The notes under the pieces are model-generated. The model was given only the letters and a program-made list of their open reading frames with translations. It had not been told where the DNA came from and ran no database searches. From Nitrospina sp. LS_NOB (lineage in GTDB: Bacteria; Nitrospinota; Nitrospinia; Nitrospinales; VA-1), in contig LFLA01000014.1 in NCBI GenBank assembly GCA_001542995.1, forward strand, positions 96,556-160,555: a stretch of 64,000 nt of DNA. The letters run 5' to 3'. How positions within the stretch are numbered: position 1 is the first letter of the stretch; every line of letters starts with the position of its first letter. This document shows positions 10,409 to 20,514 of the stretch, piece after piece. The position numbers and the translations under genes were made by a program.

Positions 10409-12229
10409 TTACGGCAATTGCAGAATGGGGGTGTAGGGGCGCAGAAGTTTTCGAGTCCACCAGGAACCGTCCCGGTTCCGGGTCTCAAAATCTGAAAACC
10501 TGTAATCGTAGACCACCGCCTGCATATATTTTGGGGGACTATCGGGAAACGGGTTTTTCTCCAGCAAGCCAATCACGACAGGTGAGCCTTGCAAAAGGCG
10601 GATCATGAACTGGGTCAACCAGGGATTTCTTTCATAATTGCTGAGCGCGGCGAACCACATTTGCCAATCCAGTCGGGGCTGGTGCGGGGCGACAAATTCC
10701 GGTTTTTTTGCCACATCACCCGGCTTCCATTTGAATTCATAAGGAAACCAGTTCTCGCGGTCATCACTTCCCAGAATAATAATTTCCGGCCTCGATGTAG
10801 TCATCACTGCAAACAGGCCGTAGGAGTTGAACAGGTGAAGAGGACGAATCGCATTGGCGATGGAAATATAAATGGCAGGGTAATTGCCGGAAGTAACGAG
10901 TAAGGGAACTGTATAAAGCATGATGGAGATCGCCAGCGCTGCTGCTCCCGCCCCTGCAAAAAATCTTTTCTTCCACACAGAAACCGACATCGTGTCTTTC
11001 GACTTCGAAGATTTCATCGGGAGCCATCTTGAGAGAATCGTATCATCCAGCAGAAGCAGGCACATGGCCAGAGTCAATAAGTTAAAGAAACAATAATTGC
11101 CGGTCAGGAAAATCAATATCTGATGAAAAACCAGTACGGCACAACCTGTGTAGCGAATGCGTCGGGGACCAAAAATCAAAAATACTGCCCCAAGCTGAAT
11201 GATGAAAGTGCTGACGACCGAAAACTCCTGGAACCCATGAGGCAACTGATGCACATACCAACCGATCCAGGTTGGAAGCGGTTGGGTTTCATAATGGTAA
11301 TAGAGTGCGGTGAAATCTCTCCAGGTGGGATCCTGACTAATTATTTTGACCAACCCGGAAGAAAAAACAACGCGAAACAACAGAAACCGAAAGAGAAAAA
11401 GAACTATCGCGGAGGGCGGGGATGCCCCTCTAACCCAAGGAACCAGGAAGAGTGCCAGAAATCCCATTTCAAGAAGCAGAGTGTCCCATTGGAATCCTAA
11501 AAAGGGTTGCGCTACATGGAAAAGGGAAAGATAAAATCCCCACGCCGCCAGTAAGGCCCGGCCCATTTGGCGGTTGGCCATGATCAACATGGAGGCTCCC
11601 ACGCCGAACAAACAGACCGCCTGCAAAAATCCATCGCCAGCATGAAACCAGAACAAGGTGGGCACTTTCCAAAAACGTTCCGGCCCCCAATGTGCTGCTG
11701 CATCTTTTAAATGCGTCTCAACCGGATGAATGCCTTCGTGTCCAATCAGTCCTTCAACTTGAGTCCAAAGAGATAAAAAGGCCAGCAAATAAACCAGGCC
11801 GAGAAGAAAGAGAAACACCCGCCGGGCCAGAAACCAGGTGGGAGCTTCCGTGGAGCCTCCCCAAATCCAGCGAGTGAGAGCGCTGAAGAAACTTCGATTT
11901 TCGGCAACCTGTCTGTAACCCCACTCTGAAACCGGGGCAAATCCCGGAATACTTTCATAAGCCCTGAGAAGCCACTTCCCGTTAGGGGCATAAGCCAGGG
12001 TCTTGAAAACCGCCTTCGCTCCTGAGCAAAAACTTCCATCAGGATCGACGAAATAGACAGAGAATGCAAAATGCTCGGGAGAAATCTGCGGGTAAGATTC
12101 GCCAGCCTCCTGAGAAGAACGGTAAACCACCGCGCCTTTCGTAAGAGGGCTCCAGCGCGCTACCCATAAACGACAAAATCCGCAATCGCCGTCATAGATC
12201 AAAACCGGTTTATCGTTTGTACTTTCCAT
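10409..12229 (-). CDS. Lipase maturation factor family membrane protein with N-terminal DCC-type thiol-disulfide domain
   Basis: YDGDCGFC at the N-terminus; FQWDTLLLE, HYETQPLP and HQPRLDWQMWFAAL. Confidence 0.88.
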   Translation of the reverse strand: MESTNDKPVLIYDGDCGFCRLWVARWSPLTKGAVVYRSSQEAGESYPQISPEHFAFSVYFVDPDGSFCSGAKAVFKTLAYAPNGKWLLRAYESIPGFAPVSEWGYRQVAENRSFFSALTRWIWGGSTEAPTWFLARRVFLFLLGLVYLLAFLSLWTQVEGLIGHEGIHPVETHLKDAAAHWGPERFWKVPTLFWFHAGDGFLQAVCLFGVGASMLIMANRQMGRALLAAWGFYLSLFHVAQPFLGFQWDTLLLEMGFLALFLVPWVRGASPPSAIVLFLFRFLLFRVVFSSGLVKIISQDPTWRDFTALYYHYETQPLPTWIGWYVHQLPHGFQEFSVVSTFIIQLGAVFLIFGPRRIRYTGCAVLVFHQILIFLTGNYCFFNLLTLAMCLLLLDDTILSRWLPMKSSKSKDTMSVSVWKKRFFAGAGAAALAISIMLYTVPLLVTSGNYPAIYISIANAIRPLHLFNSYGLFAVMTTSRPEIIILGSDDRENWFPYEFKWKPGDVAKKPEFVAPHQPRLDWQMWFAALSNYERNPWLTQFMIRLLQGSPVVIGLLEKNPFPDSPPKYMQAVVYDYRFSDFETRNRDGSWWTRKLLRPYTPILQLP

Positions 12230-12523
12230 AAGTGCTTCCAGAAACGAGCCCTGCTTTCGGACTGGCGACTCCTAAAATTTTTCATTGTCAAAGAGTCTCC
12301 TTAATATTATAGCCTTTATCCCAAGCCCATTTTCTCTACAAAACAGTCCATGAACCCGGCAGCCCCCTATTTCTCTGAAAGAATTTTCACAAATAGGCGG
12401 TTCTGGCTTGCGTTCCGGGCCAAGCTGAGATAGCTTCTCTACTTTACCCATTGCTAAAATGTAAGATATCGAATTATTAGAGGCACCCTTTAAAGCATCT
12501 TTGATCGTTTCAGGAAGGATTCA

Positions 12524-14077
12524 ATGGCTGATTTCACACGCGAAGAAGTTGAAGAGAAGTTGGAAGAATACTCCGAACTGCTTGCATCCCGAGAAGAGGA
12601 AGACGAGTTCATAGATGATGAACCCGATGAAGAAAATGAAGAAGCTGTTAGTGAGGAAGAGGAAGGTTCTGACCAAGAGGAAGGTTCTGACCAAGAGGAA
12701 GGTTCTGACCAAGAGGAAGATCCCGACTCAGATGATAATCAGGAAGATGAAGTCATCAAGGAAGAAGAACCAGGTTTGGAAACTATTTTTGAGGAAAAGG
12801 ACCTGTCCGGACTGGATCTCTCGGGACTTAATTTCCTCGGCATCAGTCTGAAAAAAGCCAATTTAAAAAATACCAATTTATCCGAATGTACGCTCGCAGA
12901 ATCGAATTTGGACCAGGCTAATCTGGATCAGGCCAACCTCAGCGACGCAGATTTGGAAAATATAAGTTGCCTGGAAGGCGTGATGACCCGTGCCAATATG
13001 GAAGCTGCAAACTTTCAAGGCGCCAAACTTCTGGGAACCGATTTTACCAAATCCAATCTGGAAAGGGCAAATTTCAGAAGGTCCAAATCCATGGAAACCA
13101 AGCTGGTCCAATGCAATCTTCATGATACCGATTTCAGCAACTCTGATTTCTCGCGGGCAAACCTGAAGGAAGCTAAAATAACAGATAGCGACCTGAGCCG
13201 GGCCCGGTTCAATGGTGCTGACTTTGAGGGAACCGATTTCACCGATTCCAGGCTGAGTATGGGAGTCTTTTTTGAGGCAAACTTTAAAACCGCAAACCTC
13301 AATCGAGCCTTGATAAAAGGAGCGAAACTCGCGGGAGGAAATTTTTTCGGTGCCCAACTCACCCGCGCGGATATCACCGGAGCAGATCTCACCGGTGCCA
13401 GCTTTCACAACGCAGATTTGAGCCGCGCTAAACTAAATGGTGCCATACTAAGAAGAACGGACCTTAAAGATTCGGATTTATCCGAAGCGGATTTAAATAT
13501 CGCAGACCTGACAGGCGCTAACCTGGTTGGGACAAAATTGTCCGGTGCCAATTTAGACCGCATTAAATTGAACCAAGCCAAATTAAATGGCGCGCAATTG
13601 AGTGGAGCACGGATGACCAAGGCCAAATTAACGCAAGTTGATTTGACCGGGGCAGATTTGAGTGGGGCCAACTTGACCGGGGCAGAATTAAATGAAGGTG
13701 TTCTGGAGGGGGCTGATCTCAGCAGGGCAAACCTGACGGAAGCGATTTTGATAAATGCCAACTTGAAAAATGCTTTCCTGACCGGAGCTAATCTTCAAAA
13801 AGCAAATCTGGAAGGAGTCAATCTGGAAGGCGCAGACATGGCTGGAACTAAATTGAGAAAAGCCAATTTACAGAACGCAAACTTGAAGCAGGTAGATTTA
13901 CGGCGGGCTGATTTGGAATTCGCCGACTTCTCCAAAGCAAAGCTAAACTCGGCAAATTTTACAGGGGCTAAAATGAGCGAAGGCCTGTTCATAGGAGCCG
14001 ACCTGACAGGAACTAAAATGGACTCTGCCGATACCACGGACACCCAGTTTCAGGGAGCGATCGGATTAAAAATTTAA
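12524..14077 (+). CDS. Pentapeptide-repeat protein with highly acidic N-terminal region
   Basis: About 420 aa of A(D/N)LxxA repeats after roughly 90 aa rich in E/D. Confidence 0.9.
   Translation: MADFTREEVEEKLEEYSELLASREEEDEFIDDEPDEENEEAVSEEEEGSDQEEGSDQEEGSDQEEDPDSDDNQEDEVIKEEEPGLETIFEEKDLSGLDLSGLNFLGISLKKANLKNTNLSECTLAESNLDQANLDQANLSDADLENISCLEGVMTRANMEAANFQGAKLLGTDFTKSNLERANFRRSKSMETKLVQCNLHDTDFSNSDFSRANLKEAKITDSDLSRARFNGADFEGTDFTDSRLSMGVFFEANFKTANLNRALIKGAKLAGGNFFGAQLTRADITGADLTGASFHNADLSRAKLNGAILRRTDLKDSDLSEADLNIADLTGANLVGTKLSGANLDRIKLNQAKLNGAQLSGARMTKAKLTQVDLTGADLSGANLTGAELNEGVLEGADLSRANLTEAILINANLKNAFLTGANLQKANLEGVNLEGADMAGTKLRKANLQNANLKQVDLRRADLEFADFSKAKLNSANFTGAKMSEGLFIGADLTGTKMDSADTTDTQFQGAIGLKI
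12657..12719 (+). repeat. 18-bp in-frame tandem repeat, 3.5 copies
   Basis: aagaggaaggttctgacc repeated exactly; encodes EEGSDQ. Confidence 0.95.
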
Positions 14078-14281
14078 CCCCCGACCCCAAAATATTCCCA
14101 CCCTTATCGGTTATCCTAAATAAATAATCCTGCAGCGCAAATATTTCACTCAAAAATAATTCCAGAATTTTGTCAAAAATTTATATCTGAAATTAGCACA
14201 ATTAGCTTTGACTCTTGGTCGAAAATCGTTTATTTCTAGGCTGTACCTTTCGTTAGTTTTAAACAAACCCTACAAAAAGAT

Positions 14282-14668
14282 ATGTTCAAATCCATCCTGT
14301 TAGCCAGTTTATTCCTCTCAATGTCTCTAAGTTTTGCTTCTGCAAATTCCCTGGAAAGATCCATGATTGAGGGAGTGGAATTTCTGGATGATGTCCCTGA
14401 AGTAGAATGGTACCGGGTGGATGGAAGGACCTTGATTATAGGGTGGAAAGGCATCCCTCACCTTTTTCCGCACACAAACCGGAAAGCTGCGGGACGAGCG
14501 GCCATAGCTACCGGAAAGGAAATCCATGTCTGGGCCGTCCGTCATAATCAGAAAAAATGGACGGTGGGCAGCGGAAAATCTCATATCTGCTCTGTTTTAG
14601 CGAAAAATGGGCGGGTGAAAACCGATACCTGCCCTTTTTCACAAAAAACCCCCTCCTCTTCCAATTAA
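14282..14668 (+). CDS. Hypothetical secreted protein
   Basis: Signal-peptide-like N-terminus ending ASA; 128 aa. Confidence 0.65.
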   Translation: MFKSILLASLFLSMSLSFASANSLERSMIEGVEFLDDVPEVEWYRVDGRTLIIGWKGIPHLFPHTNRKAAGRAAIATGKEIHVWAVRHNQKKWTVGSGKSHICSVLAKNGRVKTDTCPFSQKTPSSSN

Positions 14669-14778
14669 CCTCCTTAATTTTTTATAATTATTTTATTATT
14701 CTTCCCTGATTTTTTAAGACTTCGGGAGATATTTTGCATCTAAAATAGGGTATCTATAAATAATGGATCACAAAAAAA

Positions 14779-14946
14779 ATGAAAACCCACTCCTTTTACC
14801 ATGATGGACGTTCCAGAATGAGAGCCCGGCCCCTCACTCTTAAAGAGGTGCTCCGTTTAAGAGACGGAATAGAAATCCCCAGAACCCTGCCCTACCAGAT
14901 ACTAAAAACTGCCAACAATGAAAAAATTCTACTCGCCTTAAACTAA
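14779..14946 (+). CDS. Possible small protein (55 aa, MKTHSFYHDGRSRMRARPL...)
   Basis: Open ATG..TAA frame below the ORF-track cutoff in an otherwise empty spacer; no family recognised. Confidence 0.3.
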   Translation: MKTHSFYHDGRSRMRARPLTLKEVLRLRDGIEIPRTLPYQILKTANNEKILLALN

Positions 14947-15007
14947 AGCTCTATTCCCTTGAATACCCACAAACCAAATGCTCACTGACATCTGAAAACC
15001 CCGACCC

Positions 15008-15214
15008 ATGGAAAAACTGGAAGCTGTGCAGAAAGTGTTGCGATTCAGCAATTCCATAAGGGAATGGTGTGAAGGTGACCATGCCGTCTATTTTGATGAT
15101 TTTGACGAACAAAACGTAGACGACTATGACCCGGGAGGATATGGGGATATCGCCGATGAAATTATAGAACGTGGAATCGCAGAAAACCTTCTAGAAGAAG
15201 ATGAGGTGGATTGA
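15008..15214 (+). CDS. Small acidic hypothetical protein
   Basis: 68-aa ORF with protein-like composition. Confidence 0.6.
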   Translation: MEKLEAVQKVLRFSNSIREWCEGDHAVYFDDFDEQNVDDYDPGGYGDIADEIIERGIAENLLEEDEVD

Positions 15215-15456
15215 CCGCCGGCGGATAAGTGCGCACTTCTTTTTTCTGCATTTCCGGCACAGCAGAATTTAATGCCCGCAAATCGAAGACCGGAAAAGCC
15301 CGCATTGGCTTTTTCCGCCTACCCAAAAATCTTCAGCCATTAAAAAAATTTTCCGCAAAAATTATCTCTCCATCCTACGCAAAACTTAACAGAATTGTAA
15401 CAGTTGAAGTGGAATAACGAATGACCTTTAATCCATCTTCGACTACAATTATTAGC

Positions 15457-16467
15457 ATGAATGTATCTTTTCAAAGCAAGAAAGCATTGGTTGTTGATAA
15501 CTCGTCAATCATCACCAAGATCATCAAAAATTTCCCGACCCAGTCTGGTTTTGAAAAGAGCAATATTTTTGTCGCCCATGACAGGAATCAGGCCCTGATG
15601 ATGTTCAAACTGGAGAAGTTTGACCTGATCACTTCAGGCATACACCTCAAAGGCTCCACCGGAATTGACCTGCTCAAGGAAATTCGCGAAAAAAATAATG
15701 CCACGCAAAAGAGAATTCCTTTTTTAATTATCAGTTCCGAAAAACAGGAAACATATCAGGAAAAAATGGACGAGCACCAGGCCACTGATTATTTAAGAAA
15801 ACCTTTCAACCAGGACCAGTTCGAACAAGCGGTTCTCAGCATTTTGAACTTAACCGGTCAACCAGAACCTGCGACCACTGGGTCTTCAGAGCCGCCCCCA
15901 ACTCAAAACTCTCAATGGGAAGAGTCCCCTGTTGAAATTCCCTCATCAATTATTGAAGCATTTACCACCAGCACGATTGAAGCCATGGAACAGTATATGG
16001 CTGAAGCGACTCCAGATAGTTCAATAAGCCCTGTTGAGTTAAAAGGGTATTTCAGTGCATAGGTGGATCTTGTGGATTCTGAAAAACGAATCAAAATAAC
16101 TATGATTCTGAATTTCCCCAAAAAGGCAGCTTGCGATATTTATGAAGGAATATTTGGGGAAGTTGATATAGAACAAGTTTGTGGCGTGGTTCAAGAATTA
16201 GCAAACATTATTGGCGGCATAGTCAAACCCGAAATTTCGCCATTTTCCAGGGAAATCGCGCAGTTAATCCCTGAGGCAAAAGATCTACCGGGAGAAATCA
16301 ATCTGACATGGGATCTTGGTCTTCCAGAATCCAAGATGGGGGAAGACCATTCTATAGATATAGAAGTCAATGGAATGCCTAAGTTTCACGTTCCATTTCA
16401 AATCAAGGACGAAACCTTTCATCTGGTTGTATTGATACAAATGGTTGTATTGATACAAAAGTTTTGA
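15457..16467 (+). pseudogene. Response regulator receiver plus CheX-like phosphatase domain, split by an in-frame TAG at 16060-16062
   Basis: Receiver (ALVVD...FDLI...YLRKPF) then CheX-like (AFTTSTIEAM...VQELANIIGG). The two ORFs are in the same frame, separated only by TAG. Confidence 0.75.
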
Positions 16468-16767
16468 TGCTGCTTGTGGCAAAATATAAGGCCCGAGTAG
16501 CTTTGGCAAGCTTCGCACATCCATGCTCCCATTTAAAAATCCGCTGCAATGGGCATTCAGAACAAGTTATCAAGCAAAATCTTTTATATCAATGTGTTAT
16601 GCAACCATCTCTCTTAAAAAAGCCCGAATCTGTGTAAGGGTTTTCCATGAAATCCGAAAAAAATTTTAATATATAAAAGATTTTATATAGAATAGTTCAA
16701 CAAAGATGGATTCAAAATAGCATGCCCCGGCAAGGACTGCTGCATAGTAATTCTCAGGAGATAGATA

Positions 16768-17826
16768 GTGAATAACCGCTCCAAAATTCTTCAAGACGTT
16801 CAAAACTATTACGGAAAAATTCTTAAAACCAAAAATGACCTTCAGACCAGCGCCTGTTGTGCGGCAGACACAATGCCTGCCTACCTGCGTCCTTACTTGA
16901 AAAATATACATGAGGAAGTGCAATCCAGATTTTATGGTTGCGCTTCCACGTTCCCTTTAAGCCTTCGTGGAAAAACCGTAGTAGATCTCGGTTGCGGTTC
17001 CGGACGCGATTGCTACCTGCTGGCTCAGTTAGTAGGCCCTGATGGCATGGTCATCGGCATCGACATGACCGATGAACAACTGGCGGTTGCAAGAAAACAT
17101 ATTGATTTTCATACGCAAAACTTTAACATGGAAAAACCTAACGTCGATTTTCGCAAAGGCTGGATTGAAGACCTCACTTCGGCAAACTTGGAGGACAATT
17201 CCGTAGATGTAATTATCTCCAACTGCGTGATCAACCTGTCTCCCGATAAGGAAAGTGTATTTCGTGAAATTTTCCGGGTTCTCAAACCCGGCGGAGAGCT
17301 GTATCTTTCAGACATTTTTTCCGGACGACGGGTGCCGGAACCCTTGACCACGGACCCGATTTTACTCGGCGAATGCCTGGGCGGTGCCCTATACATGGAA
17401 GACTTCAGGCGTATGTTGAGAAACGCAGGTTCTCTCGATTACCGGGTGGTTTCCAAAAATCCGCTCACTCTCAACAACGAGGACATCCAGCGCAAGGTCG
17501 GCATGATCGATTTTTTTTCCATGACCGTGCGTAGCTTTAAATGCGAGTTCGAAGACATTTGCGAAAACTTCGGCCATGTCGCCTACTATAAAGGCAGCAT
17601 TCCCGAATTCCCGCACGGGTTCACCCTTGATGACCATCATTATTTTCAGACCGGAATTCCCGTACCGGTTTGCGGCAATACCAGCAAGATGCTGAGTGAA
17701 ACCCGGTTCGGCGAGCATTTTAATGTCGTTGGAGATTTCTCCACCCACTACGGACCTTTTGACTGCAATACACCCCAGCCTCAAGAAGGCATCTCCTCCG
17801 CCAACGGCAACGGTGCCTGCTGCTAA
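16768..17826 (+). CDS. arsM: Arsenite S-adenosylmethionine methyltransferase
   Basis: YYG...TSACC, FYGC, VVDLGCGSGRD, ISNCVINL, GECLGGA and C-terminal CC. Confidence 0.85.
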   Translation: MNNRSKILQDVQNYYGKILKTKNDLQTSACCAADTMPAYLRPYLKNIHEEVQSRFYGCASTFPLSLRGKTVVDLGCGSGRDCYLLAQLVGPDGMVIGIDMTDEQLAVARKHIDFHTQNFNMEKPNVDFRKGWIEDLTSANLEDNSVDVIISNCVINLSPDKESVFREIFRVLKPGGELYLSDIFSGRRVPEPLTTDPILLGECLGGALYMEDFRRMLRNAGSLDYRVVSKNPLTLNNEDIQRKVGMIDFFSMTVRSFKCEFEDICENFGHVAYYKGSIPEFPHGFTLDDHHYFQTGIPVPVCGNTSKMLSETRFGEHFNVVGDFSTHYGPFDCNTPQPQEGISSANGNGACC

Positions 17827-17940
17827 CCCGGCGAGCCGCCGGTGGCTGTAATAATTCCATCATCGACTTCATGCCCCGTAGGGGTAAAATAGCAATAACT
17901 CTCTCTGGCTGATAAAAAATTTTCTCGGCTTATTAAAGAG

Positions 17941-18216
17941 TTATCGGGGTATGTCACATTCCTGCGGATTTAAGTCGTAGTTTTTATAAAGCTCACGCAA
18001 GCGCTTGCGAACCGTGATGCTGTTTTCAGAATCCTTTTTCTCCTCCCAAATCTGTTGCGCCTTGCGGGCCGCCAGAATCGCCTTGCGCCCTTCATTCAAA
18101 CCGTCAAAAGCCTTGCTCATATTGAAATAGGCGTTGGCATCCTGCGGATTTTTTTTCACCGCTTTCTTATATTCCACCAGGCCTTTCTCATAGATCGCTT
18201 TCACCACAACCCCCAA
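17941..18216 (-). pseudogene. TPR protein fragment, probably 5'-truncated
   Basis: EYKKAVKKNPQDANAYFNM TPR signature; no good start or RBS. Confidence 0.5.
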
Positions 18217-18365
18217 ACAGACGATTAATCTCCACTACAAAATAAAACTCCCCATCTTTCCTGTCAACCCCGGCAGAGAGGTGAAAATTTCATCAGGCTT
18301 TACGTCAACATATCGCGCATGTATCCTGGTTTATATTTTTCTAAGAAATTAAAGAGGATGGGGAA

Positions 18366-18632
18366 ATGGCAAGCCAGATCATCGATATTCTATGCGGTCA
18401 GTGCGGGACTTTTATGCTTCGATACCAGAAAAAAGGATCGGGACAGTTGATAAAAATTTATATCGACCGGATCGTCGAACCGGATTCTCTTGCGCGGTTA
18501 AAATCCATCACCAGCAAATCAAATCTCCCTCCATTAGCCTGCATAGAATGTGGCAACCGGATAGGACTGGCCCAGGAAGGAGGAACTTACCGAATGATAA
18601 AAGGATCGTTCAGAAGAAAAGGCGTGAAATAA
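18366..18632 (+). CDS. Small zinc-ribbon protein
   Basis: CGQC and CIEC pairs; RBS-like gaggatgggg upstream. Confidence 0.7.
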   Translation: MASQIIDILCGQCGTFMLRYQKKGSGQLIKIYIDRIVEPDSLARLKSITSKSNLPPLACIECGNRIGLAQEGGTYRMIKGSFRRKGVK

Positions 18633-18657
18633 ACGGGCAACCTGCACTTTTTAAAAT

Positions 18658-19503
18658 TCAAATTCTTCGGACAAAATAATGGTGCGCCATTAAAGTTAAA
18701 AAATATTGAACAGCCATAACCCAGGCAAAAGAGACCAAACTGGTTGAAAGGATTCCAAGAACAGCGAACAGGGCAAGCAGAAAAAGTGGGAGGTCAAGCC
18801 CATTCCAACGCCAAAGCAGCAGCAGGATTTTTATTTTCTCGTAGCAGGCTTGGCGTTGCTCAAAGGTCAAGTCCAGTTGCAGGTCTTGATCCCGAGCTTC
18901 CACAAGACGCAAAAAACTCCATTGGCCCCGAAAAAATAATTGCTGCGCCTGCATATAATAAAAATAAAGCACCAGCACCCCCGACATTTTAGTCCGAAGC
19001 TTTTGGCGGGTATTTTGAATTTCTCGTTCCATACCATCATAGCCATGTAATAGTAAAGTGACCAGACTCTGCTTGCAATAATCGTAAGAAATGGCCCGCA
19101 CAATAATCAGTCCCGCAATGATTTTCAGGACTTGTCCGTGTTCTGGAAAACCTTTGATGAGCCCAACCATCACCGCAAGGTAGGCAAAATAACCGGCGAT
19201 GCCATCAATCAACCTGCCCCATTCGCTGGCCATGCCCTTGGCCCTGGCCAACTGCCCGTCTACGCAATCCAGCACCAAAGTGACTTCCAGTAAAATTCCT
19301 CCCAGAATCATGGATGCCGGACTGGCAAAGCTGAATGCGTAACCGGAAGCAAACCCCACCAGAACAGAAAAATAAGTCACCTGATTTGGGGTCACTGGAG
19401 TGTCCTTCAAAAAAGCCACAATCTGCTTCGCAATCGGATCTTGAATATAACGATTGACCGGCTCCACCAGATCTATGGGTGCGCGGCCCGATGTATCACT
19501 CAT
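18658..19503 (-). CDS. CDP-alcohol phosphatidyltransferase family protein
   Basis: TPNQVT and LDCVDGQLAR...GRLIDG (DxxDGxxAR...GxxxD). Confidence 0.9.
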   Translation of the reverse strand: MSDTSGRAPIDLVEPVNRYIQDPIAKQIVAFLKDTPVTPNQVTYFSVLVGFASGYAFSFASPASMILGGILLEVTLVLDCVDGQLARAKGMASEWGRLIDGIAGYFAYLAVMVGLIKGFPEHGQVLKIIAGLIIVRAISYDYCKQSLVTLLLHGYDGMEREIQNTRQKLRTKMSGVLVLYFYYMQAQQLFFRGQWSFLRLVEARDQDLQLDLTFEQRQACYEKIKILLLLWRWNGLDLPLFLLALFAVLGILSTSLVSFAWVMAVQYFLTLMAHHYFVRRI

Positions 19504-19506
19504 ATC

Positions 19507-20514
19507 CTATAACCATTTTTCCTGTTGATACCAGTTGATCGTCTCGGTCAGTCCTCGGTTCAATTCATACTGAGGTTCAAAGTCAAACGCTTTAAAAAAC
19601 TTTGCCGGTGACGCAGACCATGAACTTTGCCGGATATCAATCATCCTCTGCCGATCAAACAACGCGGGCTTGGAACTGAAGCAAGCCAAAACCTCAAAGA
19701 ACAAAGCTACCGGAATCAACATCCCTTCAGGAACTTTCAGGATTTTCATCCTAACATTCATTATACGTGCACACTCTTTTGCGACCTGCTCCCAGGCGTG
19801 AACATGGCCGTCTGTAACAAAATAGCTACGGCCTTCCTGTTTGGAGGGGTGGCAAGCTTGGAGCATTGCCTGAACCAGATCGGCAACATAAATCAGAGAA
19901 AGTTCTTTGCCCGCCCGGCCAATCTGCAGCCCCCATCCTTTCTGGATCAATTTGATGAAAGTAAAAAAGTTTTCTTCCCGGGGACCATACACCACCGGAG
20001 GGCGTATAACGGTAACAGGCAGTGACCCCGAGTACTGCAAAGCAATTTCTTCCCCCGCAAGTTTTGATTGCCCGTAAAAAGTCACAGGCTTGCAAGGGGT
20101 GGTTTCATCAACGAGATTGCCCTGGGGGCTGGGGCCGGTTGCCGCCAGACTGCTAAGATGAATAATGCTTTTGATCCGGCCTCCACGCTTCTGGCATTGC
20201 TCATACAAGTTTGAGCAGGCAGTGGCATTAACTTGAAAATAGCCGGAACGGGATTTTGCCTTGGTCAGTCCTGCACAGTGGAAAATGTAGTCCAACTCCT
20301 CCAAAGGGGGGATTACAAAATCCGGTCGCGCCAGATCCACCCTGTGAAGATGAACCCTCGAAGCATCCAGCCATTTGAGGTCAGAGGATTCCCTCACCAG
20401 TCCATGAACCGTGCAACCAGAGGCCAAAAGCTGGTCTACCAGATGACTGCCGATGAAACCATTCGCGCCCGTAACCAGAGCCGTGGCCCCTTTAAGATGT
20501 GATGAGGCGTTCAT
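19507..20514 (-). CDS. NAD-dependent epimerase/dehydratase, candidate 3-keto-ceramide reductase
   Basis: TGANGFIG and YGQSK; located in the spt operon. Confidence 0.8.
   Translation of the reverse strand: MNASSHLKGATALVTGANGFIGSHLVDQLLASGCTVHGLVRESSDLKWLDASRVHLHRVDLARPDFVIPPLEELDYIFHCAGLTKAKSRSGYFQVNATACSNLYEQCQKRGGRIKSIIHLSSLAATGPSPQGNLVDETTPCKPVTFYGQSKLAGEEIALQYSGSLPVTVIRPPVVYGPREENFFTFIKLIQKGWGLQIGRAGKELSLIYVADLVQAMLQACHPSKQEGRSYFVTDGHVHAWEQVAKECARIMNVRMKILKVPEGMLIPVALFFEVLACFSSKPALFDRQRMIDIRQSSWSASPAKFFKAFDFEPQYELNRGLTETINWYQQEKWL

Noticed and set aside
16060-16062. Pyrrolysine or genetic-code reassignment
   Set aside because: TAG ends other intact genes here (e.g. 38423, 33364) and no pyl genes are in the window.
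17871-17887. ATGCCCCGYAGGGGTA hairpin also present near 63087
   Set aside because: Only two short copies; may be a further REP class or terminators, too little evidence to call.
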